A stretch of 64,000 bases of DNA from Macrostomum lignano (lineage: Eukaryota), in assembly GCA_002269645.1 (NCBI GenBank), contig NIVC01001915.1, positions 158,065 through 222,064 of the forward strand, written 5' to 3'. The notes beneath the pieces are model-generated. The model was given only the letters and a program-made list of their open reading frames with translations, was not told the origin of the DNA and did no database searches. The position numbers and the translations under genes were made by a program. This document shows, in pieces, positions 48,386 through 61,299 of the stretch; position 1 is the stretch's first letter, and the number at the start of each line of letters is the position of its first letter.

Positions 48386-49044
48386 AGCTGATGAAAACTC
48401 ACAATTTCTAATTCCCGCGCTCTTCAGCCAGTCTAGCAGATGCTAGTGTAACTCAGACGCCGTCTTTTTCTAACATGCGAAACTGAAACACATAATTAAC
48501 GAAAGAAGGAGCGCAGGACAGAAAATTTCTTAGGCAAAACAATGAAGAAGTAAGAGTAAAAATAAAAAAAGCAACCGCAAAAAATATACCGCTTGGGCAA
48601 TTACAATAATACATTGAAAAGTAAAGCCAGGAACGGAAGCAATACACTAAAATACATATGCTACAAGTACTTTCTATCATAATGAAATTCGTACTAAGTG
48701 CACAGAAGGCAATGGGATTGCGTGGGTAATGCACTTGCAGCAACGTTTTTGATTGACTTTCATACGAGTAAAGTATAAAAAAGAGGAAATTAATTTACAC
48801 AGAAATTAAGATACATTTCTTCTGCGCAAAGCAATTAACATACTTTAACAAAAAGGAAAGACAGTGTAATATTAGGCAATAGCTACTTTTAATTACTTTA
48901 AGACGAGCATACAGTATGACTATACTAGATTAAAACAGTTCAGATTCTATTGCTGCAGATTTGACCGAGACTAAAGGGTTTCTGATTTCCACTTGTAAGT
49001 GAAATGAAATGTTTCAGATTCATGCCCACAGCCTGATTCTGAGG

Positions 49045-49885
49045 ATAGCGCTGGCCCAGCAACTGAGGATTTGAGAGGGTATCCCAGCAACTGAGGATTT
49101 GGGAGGCTGGCCCAGCAACTGAGGATCTGGGAGGCTGGCCCAGCAACTGAGGATCTGGGAGGCTGGCCCAGCAACTGAGGATCTGGAAGGCTGGCCCAGC
49201 TACTGACACTCTGGGAGACTGGCCCAGCAAGTGACACTCTGGGAGGCTGGCCCAGCAACTGAGGATCTGGGAGGCTGTCCCAGCAACTGAGGATCTGGGA
49301 GGCTGTCCCAGCAACTGAGGAACTGGGGGGCTGGCCCAGCAACTGAGGATCTGGGAGGCTGGCCCAGCAACTGAGGATCTGGGAGGCTGTCCCAGCAACT
49401 GAGGATCTGGGAGGCTGTCCCAGCAACTGAGGAACTGGGGGGCTGGCCCAGCAACTGAGGAACTGGGGGGCTGTCCCAGCAACTGAGGATCTGGGAGGCT
49501 GTCCCAGCAACTGAGGAACTGGGGGGCTGGCCCAGCAACTGAGGATCTGGGAGGCTGGCCCAGCAACTGAGGATCTGGGAGGCTGTCCCAGCAACTGAGG
49601 ATCTGGGAGGCTGTCCCAGCAACTGAGGAACTGGGGGGCTGGCCCAGCAACTGAGGATCTGGGAGGCTGTCCCAGCTACTGACACTCTGGGAGACTGGCC
49701 CAGCTACTGACACTCTGGGAGACTGGCCCAGCTACTGACACTCTGGGAGGCTGGCCCAGCTACTGACACTCTGGGAGACTGGCCCAGCAACTGAGGATCT
49801 GGGAGACTGACCCAGCAAATGAGGATCTGAGAGGGTCGCCCAGCAACAGGATCGGGGAGGCTGGTCCCGCAACTGAGGATCAGGG
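49045..49885. repeat. 28-bp minisatellite (GGCCCAGCAACTGAGGATCTGGGAGGCT)n 3' of SLC25 stop
   Basis: Direct reading. Confidence 0.95.
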
Positions 49886-50025
49886 TGGATGACGTTTACA
49901 TCAACTTGATCTCTGTGTGAAAATGCACTCTTAGTAAAGACAGCGAAAGAAACCGGCAGCCATGAAAAGATCCCTACAACCAGCCCCTACCCGACCCAAA
50001 ACCCAAGGAAACAGTCAACCCGAGG

Positions 50026-53000
50026 CTACGAGGTCCGCCCGAACGGGTGCGCGATGTCAAAGTAATGATTGATTCGCTCGAATGTGGCAAAGCTGATAGC
50101 CACCGAGGGCAGCACCTTGACCAGGTTGGCGCCCATGCCGCGGTAGAATCCAACAATGCCTTCGGCTTGGTACACCGTGGCGGCCAGGCCTCTGACAGTG
50201 TTGAGCTCCGGCCTGCTGAACTGCACCTTGGACTGCATCTTGGTGCGCAGCAAGGCCAGCGGGTAGCAGGCCACGATGCCGATTGAGGAGGCCAGGGCAC
50301 CTAAAATTTAATTGGGAAATTTATAGACTCAAAAAACTCGAATCTCAAAGAATCTCCCAACAAACTCGAATCCCAATGAATCTCCCCACAAACTCGAATC
50401 CCAAAGAATCTCCCCACAAACTCGAATCCTAAAGAATCTCCCAACAACCTCGAATCCCAAAGAATCTCCCAACAAACTCGAATCCTAAAGAATCTCCCAA
50501 CAACCTCGAATCCCAAAGAATCTCCCAACAAACTCGAATCCTAAAGAATCTCCCAAAAACCTCGAATCCCAAAGAATCTCCTAACAAACTCGAATCCTAA
50601 AGAATCTCCCAAAAACCTCGAATCCCAAAGAATCTCCTAACAAACTCGAATCCTAAAGAATCTCCCAAAAACCTCGAATCCCAAAGAATCTCCCAACAAA
50701 CTCGAATCCTAAAGAATCTCCCAAAAACCTCGAATCCCAAAGAATCTCCCAACAAACTCGAATCCTAAAGAATCTCCCAAAAACCTCGAATCCCAAAGAA
50801 TCTCCCAACAAACTCGAATCCTAAAGAATCTCCCAAAAACCTCGAATCCCAAAGAATCTCCCAACAAACTCGAATCCTAAAGAATCTCCCAAAAACCTCG
50901 AATCCCAAAGAATCTCCCAACAAACTCGAATCCTAAAGAATCTCCCAAAAACCTCGAATCCCAAAGAATCTCCCAACAAACTCGAATCCTAAAGAATCTC
51001 CCAAAAACCTCGAATCCCAAAGAATCTCCCAACAAACTCGAATCCTAAAGAATCTCCCAAAAACCTCGAATCCCAAAGAATCTCCCAACAAACTCGAATC
51101 CTAAAGAATCTCCCAAAAACCTCGAATCCCAAAGAATCTCCCAACAAACTCGAATCCTAAAGAATCTCCCAAAAACCTCGAATCCCAAAGAATCTCCCAA
51201 AAACCTCGAATCCCAAAGAATCTCCCAACAAACTCGAATCCTAAAGAATCTCCTCCTCAAACTCGAATCCCAAAGAATCTCCCAACAAACTCGAATCCCA
51301 AAGAATCACAAACAAACTCAAATCCCAAATAAACACAAACAAACTCGAACCCCAAATAATCCCCCACAAACTCGAATCCCAATGAATCTCCCCACAAACT
51401 CGAATCCCAATGAATCTCCCACAAACTCGAATCCCAAAGAATCTCCCCACAAACTCCACCAAGGCACCAAAGAATCTCCTCCACAAACTCGAATCCCAAA
51501 GAATCTCCCCACAAACTCGAACCCCAAAGAATCTCCCCACAAACTCGAATCCCAATGAATCTCCCCACAAACTCGAATCCCAAAGAATCTCCCCACAAAC
51601 TCCACCAAGGCACCAAAGAATCTCCTCCACAAACTCGAACCCCAAAGAATCTCCCCACAAACTCGAATCCCAATGAATCTCCCCACAAACTCGAATCCCA
51701 AAGAATCTCCCCCCAAACTCGAATCCCAAAGAATCTCCCCACAAACTCGAATCCCAAAGAATCTCCCCCCAAACTCGAATCCCAAAGAATCTCCCCACAA
51801 ACTCGAATCCCAAAGAATCTCCCCCCAAACTCCACCAAGGCACCAAAGAATCTCCCCACAAACTCGAATCCCAAAGAATCTCCTCCACAAACTCCACCAA
51901 GGCACCAAAGAATCTCCTCCACAAACTCGAATCCCAAAGAATCTCCCCCCAAACTCGAATCCCAAAGAATCTCCCCCCAAACTCGAATCCCAAAGAATCT
52001 CCCCCCAAACTCGAATCCCAATGAATCTCCCCCCAAACTCGAATCCCAAAGAATCTCCTCCACAAACTCGAATCCCAAAGAATCTCCCCCCAAACTCGAA
52101 TCCCAAAGAATCTCCCCACAAACTCCACCAAGGCACCAAAGAATCTCCTCCACAAACTCGAATCCCAAAGAATCTCCCCCCAAACTCGAATCCCAAAGAA
52201 TCTCCCCCCAAACTCGAATCCCAAAGAATCTCCTCCACAAACTCGAATCCCAAAGAATCTCCCCACAAACTCCACCAAGGCACCAAACAATCTCCCCCCA
52301 CAAACTCGAATCCCAAAGTATCTCCCCACACAAACTGAATCTCCCCCACAAACTCGAATCCCAAAGAATCTCCCCCAAATTTGAATCCCAAAGAATCTCC
52401 TCCACAAACTCGAATCCCAAAGAATCTCCCCTACAAACTCGAATACCAAAGAATCTCCTCCACAAATTCAAATCCCAAAGAATTTCCCCACCGCCCAACC
52501 GCACTGCCCAGCCTCGTCACGCACCTGAAAGCAGCAGAGCCGCCACAGAGGGAGCTTCGTGCGAGGGCAGGTCGCGGAACAGCCAGGTCCGCGTGGTTTC
52601 GTAGGCGGCCAGCTCGATGCCAGCGTAGGGAAGAATGCCAGCCAGGTTGATTGTGTAGCCGCGGAACAGGGCGCGGGTGCCACCCTCTCTGCCGAGGCGT
52701 CAGGAAGTGCAAGGAAGATTGGTTTGAGTGAACTGGCGACAAACGATAAACGATTCAACAACTAACCTTGTACACAGTTAAACAACTAACCTGTACACAG
52801 TTAAACAACTAACCTGTACACAGTTACAACTAACCTGCACACAGTTAAACAACTAACCTGTACACAGTTAAACAACTAACCTGTACACAGTTCAACAACT
52901 AACCTGTACACAATTAAAAAACTAACCTGTACACAGTTCAACAACTAACCTGTACACAATTAAAAAACTAACCTGTACACAGTTCAACATCTAACCTGTA

Positions 53001-56000
53001 CACAATTCAAAAACTAACCTGTACACAGTTCAACAATAAACCTGTACACAATTCAAAATCTAACCTGTACACAGTTCAACAACTAACCTGTACACAGTTA
53101 CACAACTAACCTGTACACAATTCAACAACTAACCTGTACACAATTCAACAACTAACCTGTACACAGTTACACAAATAACCTGTACACAATTCAACAACTA
53201 ACCTGTACACAGTTACACAACTAACCTGTACACAATTCAACAACTAACCTGTACACAATTCAACAACTAACCTGTACACAATTCAACAACTAACCTGTAC
53301 ACAATTCAACAACTAACCTGTACACAATTCAACAACTAACCTGTACACGGACGCGAGGCAGCCAACCAGGCCGCCGGGATATTGGCCTGTCTTCCTCAAG
53401 CACATCCTGGTCTTAGCCACCTCCATAGGATAAATCATGGTCTGACTGGTTGCCCCGGCCAGACTGCCGGCTAGGAATTTCTGATGGATTTGCAGTTCGG
53501 ACGGACCGCCAAACAAAAGGCGCTTATAGAAATCGTAGAACGTGTACTTTATCGCCGTCTCGGGGGCGATTTTTATTACGTTGACTCCATTGCCTCGCCA
53601 CAACGACCGGATACCGCCTTCTTGCAGCATCCAGCGGAAGGCCTTGAGGGCAGGGTTGGAAGAAGGGCTAGCACAAAGACTTAGCATAATATTGCAGAGG
53701 CCAGGAGATGAAATCAGGGAAATCCAGGTAGGAAAAACAGGGGAACTCCAGGTGGGAAAATTAGGGGAACTCCAGGTGGGAAAATTAGGGGAATCCAGGT
53801 GGGGAAATCAAGGGAAATCCAGGTGGGGTAATCAGGGGAATCCAGGTGGGAAATCAGGGGAATCCAGGTGGGAAATCAGGGGAAATCCAGGTGGGGAAAT
53901 CAGGGGAAATCCAGGTGGGGTAATCAGGGGAAATCCATGTGAGGAAATCAAGGGAAATCCAAGTGGGGTAATCAGGGGAAATCCATGTGAGGAAATCAAG
54001 GGAAATCCAGGTAGGGAAATCAAAGGGAAATCGTAATCAGGGGAATCCAGGTGGGAAATCAAGGGAAATCCAGGTGGGGTATCAGGGGAACTCCAGGTGG
54101 GGTAATCAGGGGAACTCTAGGTGGGGAAATCAAGGGAAATTCAGGTGGGGTAATCAGAAGAAATCCAGACAGGGATATAAATAAATAAGCAAATCCCTAG
54201 ATTCCGGATCAGCTACCTTGATAGCGGAAGAGCCAGCGTGCTGATATCCGTAAACTTGACGCAATACTTTCAAGCGGTCCAACGGAGCGGTGCAGGTGCG
54301 AGACAGCGCGCCAGCAAGGCCGCCGCTGAAAAGCATGTTCAATGCTTGTCCGGAGCGAAGCTGCTCAGCCGAGAAGTCGTCGGGTATCTGCGCCTCGTCG
54401 CCCGTGTTAAGCGTGCCCATCTAGTGGCAGAGAGTTCAAAGAAAATATTCTCGATACGCTACTGAATAAACATTAGTAGCAATATATGCTTTCTTTTAAA
54501 ACAAAAAATATTTAAGCAAGCAATACGCTTTACTTATTAAAAGCCAATGAGTAGAATGTTACGAAAATTGCTATTTAAAATATGTAACATTTTTGAGAAT
54601 AAATACAATCAAATATTACTTGGAGTCAGAACAATGCAGCATCGGCACACGGCGAGCGGGAAAAAACTATTCAGAAGTTCGTGCGGTTAAGCATTTGATA
54701 ACTTTAGGCTTTAGTTAATACCGATGCATCTCTTTTTTAGCTTCAATAGCTGTTTTAGTGAAACGTTATTAATAATTATCACTACAAAATGTCAATGCAA
54801 ATGCAAGAATTAAAAAACATCGATTACTAAAAACTACCACGCTAGCATCTGCACATGACAGAGAATGTGCTATAAATTAGGCGTTCAGGCACTTAAATAA
54901 TTAAAAGCTTTGAAGGTGCAGAAATGCTAGAATCACTAAGGGGTCACTCGTGCAGTGTACATCACTTCCTTGTTCATGTTAAAACCAAAATATCAGACAC
55001 CCTCTGATCCCACTCTCAAATCTATGAGTCTTTGTCATGCAATTCTAACCCGTTTTTTCAGAGAGAGTCTTTGTGTGCCATTCCACACTATCTGAGAACT
55101 ATCAGAGAGAGTCTTTGTGTGCCATTCCACACTATCTGAGAACTATCAGACTGAGTCTTTGTGTGCCATTCCACACTATCTGAGAACTATCAGACTGAGT
55201 CTTTGTGTGCCATTCCACACTATCTGAGAACTATCAGACTGAGTCTTTGTGTGCCATTCCACACTATCTGAGAACTATCAGACTGAGTCTTTGTGTGCCA
55301 TTCCACACTATCTGAGAACTATCAGAGTGAGTCTTTGTTTGCCATTCCACACTGTCTGAGAACTATCAGAGTGAGTCTTTGTGTGCCATTCCACACTATC
55401 TGAGAACTATCAGAGTGAGTCTTTGTTTGCCATTCCACACTGTCTGAGAACTATCAGAGTGAGTCTTTGTGTGCCATTCCACACTATCTGAGAACTATCA
55501 GAGTGAGTCTTTGTTTGCCATTCCACACTGTCTGAGAACTATCAGAGTGAGTCTTTGTGTGCCATTCCACACTATCTGAGAACTATCAGACTGAGTCTTT
55601 GTGTGCCATTCCACACTGTCTGAGAACTATCAGAGTGAGTCTTTGTTTGCCATTCCACACTATCTGAGAACTATCAGAGTGAGTCTTTGTGTGCCATTCC
55701 ACACTGTCTGAGAACTATCAGAGTGAGTCTTTGTGTGCCATTCCACACTATCTGAGAACTATCAGAGTGAGTCTTTGTGTGCCATTCCACACTATCTGAG
55801 AACTATCAGACTGAGTCTTTGTGTGCCATTCCACACTATCTGAGAACTATCAGAGTGAGTCTTTGTGTGCCATTCCACACTATCTGAGAACTATCAGAGT
55901 GAGTCTTTGTGTGCCATTCCACACTATCTGAGAACTATCAGAGTGAGTCTTTGCTTGCCATTCCACACTATCTGAGAACTATCAGAGTGAGTCTTTGTTT

Positions 56001-59000
56001 GCCATTCCACACTATCTGAGAACTATCAGAGTGAGTCTTTGTGTGCCATTCCACACTGTCTGAGAACTATCAGACTGAGTCTTTGTGTGCCATTCCACAC
56101 TATCTGAGAACTATCAGAGTGAGTCTTTGTGTGCCATTCCACACTATCTGAGAACTATCAGAGTGAGTCTTTGTGTGCCATTCCACACTATCTGAGAACT
56201 ATCAGAGTGAGTCTTTGCTTGCCATTCCACACTATCTGAGAACTATCAGACTGAGTCTTTGTGTGCCATTCCACACTATCTGAGAACTATCAGACTGAGT
56301 CCTTGTGTACCATTCCACACTATCTGAGAACTATCAGACTGAGTCTTTGTGTGCCATTCCACACTATCTGAGAACTATCAGAGTGAGTCTTTGTGTGCCA
56401 TTCCACACTATCTGAGAACTATCAGAGTGAGTCTTTGTGTGCCATTCCACACTATCTGAGAACTATCAGAGTGAGTCTTTGTTTGCCATTCCACACTATC
56501 TGAGAACTATCAGAGAGAATCTTTGTGCGATTACGAACGAATGGCAGGCAGCACTGCCCAAGGCTCAGCTTACCAAGTATCTAGAGCAATCCCATGGCGA
56601 GACCTCAGCCTCAAGCACCGGAGCGTAGCAAAAGTACGCTGAATGAGGATCCACCCTGATTATTTTTGCGCTAGCGCAATCGACTGCCTTTAGTAGATTT
56701 TTTTGAAATCGTCCAGAGACAAAACTTAATAAAGTTACACTTTGACAGTTATTCAAATCTTTAAAAGATTATGTGTACAGAAACAAAAAATATTTTTACT
56801 GAAACTCGACTGTATGCGACTGTCCGCTCTCCAGCAAAACATGTTCAGAATAAAACATACTACATGACTGCGGAATGCGGAGGGAGACACAGAGGGGAGG
56901 AAGGAGGAGAACACATATGGTATGGAAGAGTGTGGCACAGATGGGGAGTAGGGTTAGACAGGGGAGGGGAGACAAAGACAGAGCGGAAGACAGAGGAAGT
57001 CAGTGAGACAGACAGGGGCATAGAGAAGATAGAGGAGGAGAGATAGACAGGGCGGAGGGGAAGACCGGGTGGAGGGGAAGACAGGGGTGGAGGGGAAGAC
57101 CGGGTGGAGGGGAAGACAGGGGTGGAGGGGAAGACAGGGGCGGAGGGGAAGACAGGGGTGGAGGGGAAGACAGGGTGGAGGGGAAGACAGGGGTGGAGGG
57201 GAAGACAGGGGAGGAGAGATAGACAGGGCGGAGGGGAAGACAGGGGAGGAGAGATAGACAGGGCGGAGGGGAAGACAGGGGTGGAGGGGAAGACAGGGGT
57301 GGAGGGGAAGACAGGGGAGGAGAGATAGACAGGGCGGAGGGGAAGACAGGGGAGGAGAGATAGACAGGGCGGAGGGGAAGACAGGGGAGGAGAGATAGAC
57401 AGGGCGGAGGGGAAGACAGGGGTAGAGGGGAAGACAGGGGTGGAGGGGAAGACAGGGATGGAGATAGACAGGGGTTGAGGGAAGACAGGGGCGGAGGGGA
57501 AGACAGAAGCAGGGAGCAATCAGAGAAAAGCACACAGCCATCAAATACAGCATAAATACTATATGGCAATAAAATTACTTAGAAAAAAGTACTTTAACCG
57601 GCACACACAGAGCCAGCAGCTGCAATTATTGGGCCTCGTCTGCTAATGTGACTGACAAATTCGCGCAAAGTAAGCGTGACTGCAAAGCAATTCCGAGCTG
57701 CAGCTCAACATCGAGAGGATAAGAGAGCTGAGTCGAGCGAGAGACTGATCGAACAGCCAAAAGTACAGAGAGCATTAATCAAGAATTGAGGGAGCCGCTT
57801 GATCACGCTAGCTTGTTAGTCGTTACTACTATTGCTAATACTACCAATACACATCTAAATTGCTTTCTAACGACCCAGGCCTCATGTTGCACACTATTGG
57901 CCAGACCGAAATGACGGACCGGGCCGTCAGCGAAACGAGATCTGTTAAATTAATTCTAGGCGTATCAGACAGTAAAACATGGACGATTTAAAAAATAAAT
58001 ACCGACAATTCGAGGACTAAACATAAAACGTAAACAATTCCAATCCACATTCAGCCAGTAACAATCCACATTCAGTCAGTGACAATCCACAATCAGTCAG
58101 TGACAATCCACATTCAGTCAGTGACAATCCACATTCAGTCAGTGACAATCCACATTCAGTCAGTGACAATCCACATTCAGTCAGTGACAATCCACATTCA
58201 GTCAGTGACAATCCACAATCAGTCAGTGACAATCCACAATCAGTCAGTGACAATCCACATTCAGTCAGTGACAATCCACATTCAGTCAGTGACAATCCAC
58301 ATCCAGCTAGAGCCAATAAACATTCAGCCACCGACAATCCACATTCAGCCACTGACAATCGACATTCAGCCACTGACAATCCACATTCAGCCACTAACAA
58401 TCCACACTCAGCCAGTGACAATAAAGAGTCAGCCACTGAAATCCACATTCAGTCAGTGACAATCCACATTCAGTCAGTGACAATCCACTTGCAGTCAGTG
58501 ACAATCCACATTCAGTCAGTGACAATCCACATCCAGCTAGAGCCAATAAACAGTCAGCCACCGACAATCCACATTCAGCCACTGACAATCGACATTCAGC
58601 CACTGACAATCCACATTCAGCCACTAACAATCCACACTCAGCCAGTGACAATAAAGAGTCAGCCACTGAAATCCACATTCAGTCAGTGACAATTCACATT
58701 CAGTCAGGGACAATCCACAGTCAGCCACTGAAAATCCACATTTAGTCAATGACAATTCACATCCAGCCACTGACAATCCACATCCAGACACTGACAATCC
58801 ACATCCAGATACTGACAATCCACATTCAGACACTGACAATCCACCCAGATACTGACAATCCACATCCAGACACTGACAATCCACATTCAGACACTGACAA
58901 TCCACATCCAGATACTGACAATCCATCCAGATACTGACAATCCACATCCAGACACTGACAATCCACATTCAGACACTGACAATCCACATCCAGATACTGA

Positions 59001-59629
59001 CAATCTACATCCAGACACTGACAATCCACATTCAGACACTGACAATCCACATCCAGATACTGACAATCTACATCTAGATACTGACAATCCACATTCGTCC
59101 AGTGACAATACACAATTTAATTAGCCACTTCAACTTAACCTTAGCTGACTACTAATAGAATTGATATCAGTCGGTCTTTCATAAATCCCAAGTGAACCAA
59201 TTCACTCACCAAAGTGTGCTCCCAGTAGCAAGCAATTTCGTCTAAGCTTCTTCCGGCTTGCAACAATAGAAACTCTTTCCATTCGGCTTCGGAAATCAGC
59301 AGATTTCCTTCCATATCCATGCTGCATGGGCAGCATTGAGGAGAGGTGTGAAATTATGGCAAAGCTAAACAATATGAATAAACAGATCTTCGACTTAGAC
59401 AAGAAGTTACACACCGTTTAACAAGCATTTCAGCCTTGCCATCGTCAATGGAAATGCCCAACTGGCTGAATGCCTCTTTAATTTCAGCCGCATCAATGTA
59501 GCCGTCCATCTTTTTGTCAATTTTGCGAAACACCTGACTCAACTGTTCTTCATGGTCGAGCACCCAGCTGGCGAATTCTTTGAAGTCCAGGGTGCCATCT
59601 TGGTTGGAGTCACCCTCCGCAACCAGTTG
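50026..59629 (-). CDS. SLC25A24: Calcium-binding mitochondrial ATP-Mg/Pi carrier (SCaMC, SLC25A23/24/25 family), 5'-partial; exons 59415-59629, 59210-59321, 54217-54420, 53341-53642, 52525-52688, 50026-50300
   Basis: EF-hands [13 protein letters not shown] and [13 protein letters not shown], then R|[14 protein letters not shown]. Three carrier repeats: [70 protein letters not shown]. Phases 2/0/0/2/1 are consistent. The first EF-hand exon is not found in the window; paralog assignment is uncertain. Confidence 0.9.
50335..52492. repeat. ~28-bp minisatellite with variants (CCAAAGAATCTCCCCACAAACTCGAATC)n filling SLC25 last intron
   Basis: ~2.15 kb; ~34 bp from both acceptor and donor. Confidence 0.96.
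52757..53348 (-). repeat. 23-bp minisatellite whose unit is the exon end plus 5' splice site (GTGTACAG|GTTAGTTGTTGAATT)n
   Basis: The first unit overlaps the last 8 coding nt and the GT donor at 53340; ~25 units. Confidence 0.93.
53700..54165. repeat. Degenerate ~24-bp repeat (GGGGAAATCCAGGTGGGGAAATCA)n
   Basis: Fills a short SLC25 intron. Confidence 0.92.
55061..56518. repeat. 44-bp minisatellite (GAGTCTTTGTGTGCCATTCCACACTATCTGAGAACTATCAGAGT)n
   Basis: ~33 units, contiguous with no spacers. Confidence 0.97.
56990..57510. repeat. Purine-rich degenerate repeat (GGAGGGGAAGACAGGGG)n
   Basis: Direct reading. Confidence 0.9.
58035..59110. repeat. 21-bp minisatellite (GACAATCCACATTCAGTCAGT)n with higher-order duplication
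   Basis: A block of variant monomers recurs ~231 bp (11 monomers) downstream. Confidence 0.93.
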
Positions 59630-60382
59630 CTGTCGATGGGGAAAGCATGAAAAATTATTGCTTATATTGTACTATAATATGTTAGTATACAAACATATAC
59701 TTGAAAAATAAGGAAATACGCCTATTTGCATTTTATTGTATAGATCTTGCTAAGAGGTTTTCAAAAACATTTAGTTCATGAAAATTGATCTAAAACTAAA
59801 AGTTATGAACACTTTTCTATGAGTTTTTTTTTGACTTTTTGTGCATTTTTGTGCAGTGATCTATTGGAGCACGAGACTTGCCCGCAGGCGAACTGCCCGC
59901 CGAGATTTGCCCGCAGGAGATTTGCCCGTCGAGATTTGCCCGCCGAGGTTTGCCCGCAGAGATTTGCCCGCAGTGCATTCTGCCCGCAGGAGATTTGCCC
60001 GTCGAGATTTGCCCGTCGAGATTTGCCCGTCGAGATTTGCCCGTCGAGATTTGCCCGTCGAGATTTGCCTGTCGAGATTTTCCCGCAGAGATTTTCCCAT
60101 CGAGATTTTCCCGTCGAGATTTGCCCGCAGAGATTTGCCCGCAGAGATTTGCCCGCAGAGATTTTCCCGCAATGCAGTTTTAATCTTGCAAAAATCGACT
60201 TATACTTATCGAAATTATTTACCTGCCAGATTTCAACCGTGTGAATCTGAAACTCTTACTGCCGCAAATGCATAAGATATTTCTTTGGCATTCCGCAGAC
60301 ACCTCAAATTTCCTTTCTGCTAAATTACTGTAGCCTGTTCTATAATCTTTTGTAGCAGCAATTTTTTGCTGGTGCCTGGTGG

Positions 60383-60590
60383 TAGGGATGGTAAAATCCC
60401 GGCTAGTTTCCAATCCCAGGATTGTCGGGTTCGGGATATTCCTGTCCAACTCCCATAAAATCCCCAGCATTTTCAGTCCCAGCAAATCCCGAAAAATTGA
60501 AATCCCGCTGAATGGTGGGCAATTTTAAGTCCTGAGATTGGAATTCCAGGTGTTTGCTCTCAAATCCCGGTCCCGGTATTGGAATCTCTA
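60383..60590. mobile_element. Candidate 208-bp hAT-like MITE nested at inner edge of the left MULE TIR
   Basis: Ends TAGGGAT.../...ATCTCTA; flanks CCTGGTGG and GCTGGTGG (7/8); many internal ATCCC motifs. The right TIR shows the uninterrupted site. Confidence 0.55.
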
Positions 60591-61299
60591 GCTGGTGGAG
60601 CGCTGTCTGTTTCAAATTCACATGTCAGCCGCCTGGATTTTATCACCTCGATCTGCTCAACCACCGAACGACAAATCCAGTAAATAAGCCATGGAGTCCT
60701 ATATGGTGCATGTCGGGGACCCCACGACATTTTATAATCTGGCCCTTACATAGAGTATGAGTATGCAGAGCATTTTCTAAAAACATCGCCTTGTGCATGT
60801 GGCGACGGGCAGCTGGCTTATCTATATAACAAATTTAATGAAATTTAAAGACCTGCTTATTAACTCCTCGCTAAAGATCCAGAAAGCAGTGTAAACAAAG
60901 TCTGATGTGATTCTTTCTCGCTAATTCTATCCTGGACCCCTATATCTCAATTCCCAGTCTTCGATAAAATGTCCATAAAATCTGTCTGGATTTCATTCTC
61001 TCTGGGTCTGGGTCTGGGTCTCTCATTCTCTCTTCTCTTTCTGATTGGCTGCAGGCACCCCCCCTTTAGCCTCCTTCTTGTCTTGCGTGCCCCTCATTCC
61101 TTTGATCGCGCCTCCTAACCCAACCCTCTCTTTGCCCACCCCTCCTTTCTCTCAACCCCCTGTTATCTCCTATAATATATAAATACACTGCCCTTCCTTA
61201 CTGCTTAGTGTATTCAACTTTAGTCTGGTCAAGTTAGACTGCGACAACTCTACATATATAAAGTGAATTTCAAGACAACGTTAATAACAAGCAGACCAC

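Noticed and set aside
53700-54165. NF-kB site array (GGGGAAATCC)
   Set aside because: Does not fit GGGRNNYYCC exactly and there is no supporting context.
55061-56518. CRISPR-like appearance of the 44-bp (and 54-bp, 36-bp) arrays with internal hairpins
   Set aside because: Units are contiguous with no unique spacers, there are no cas genes, and the context is eukaryotic intron.
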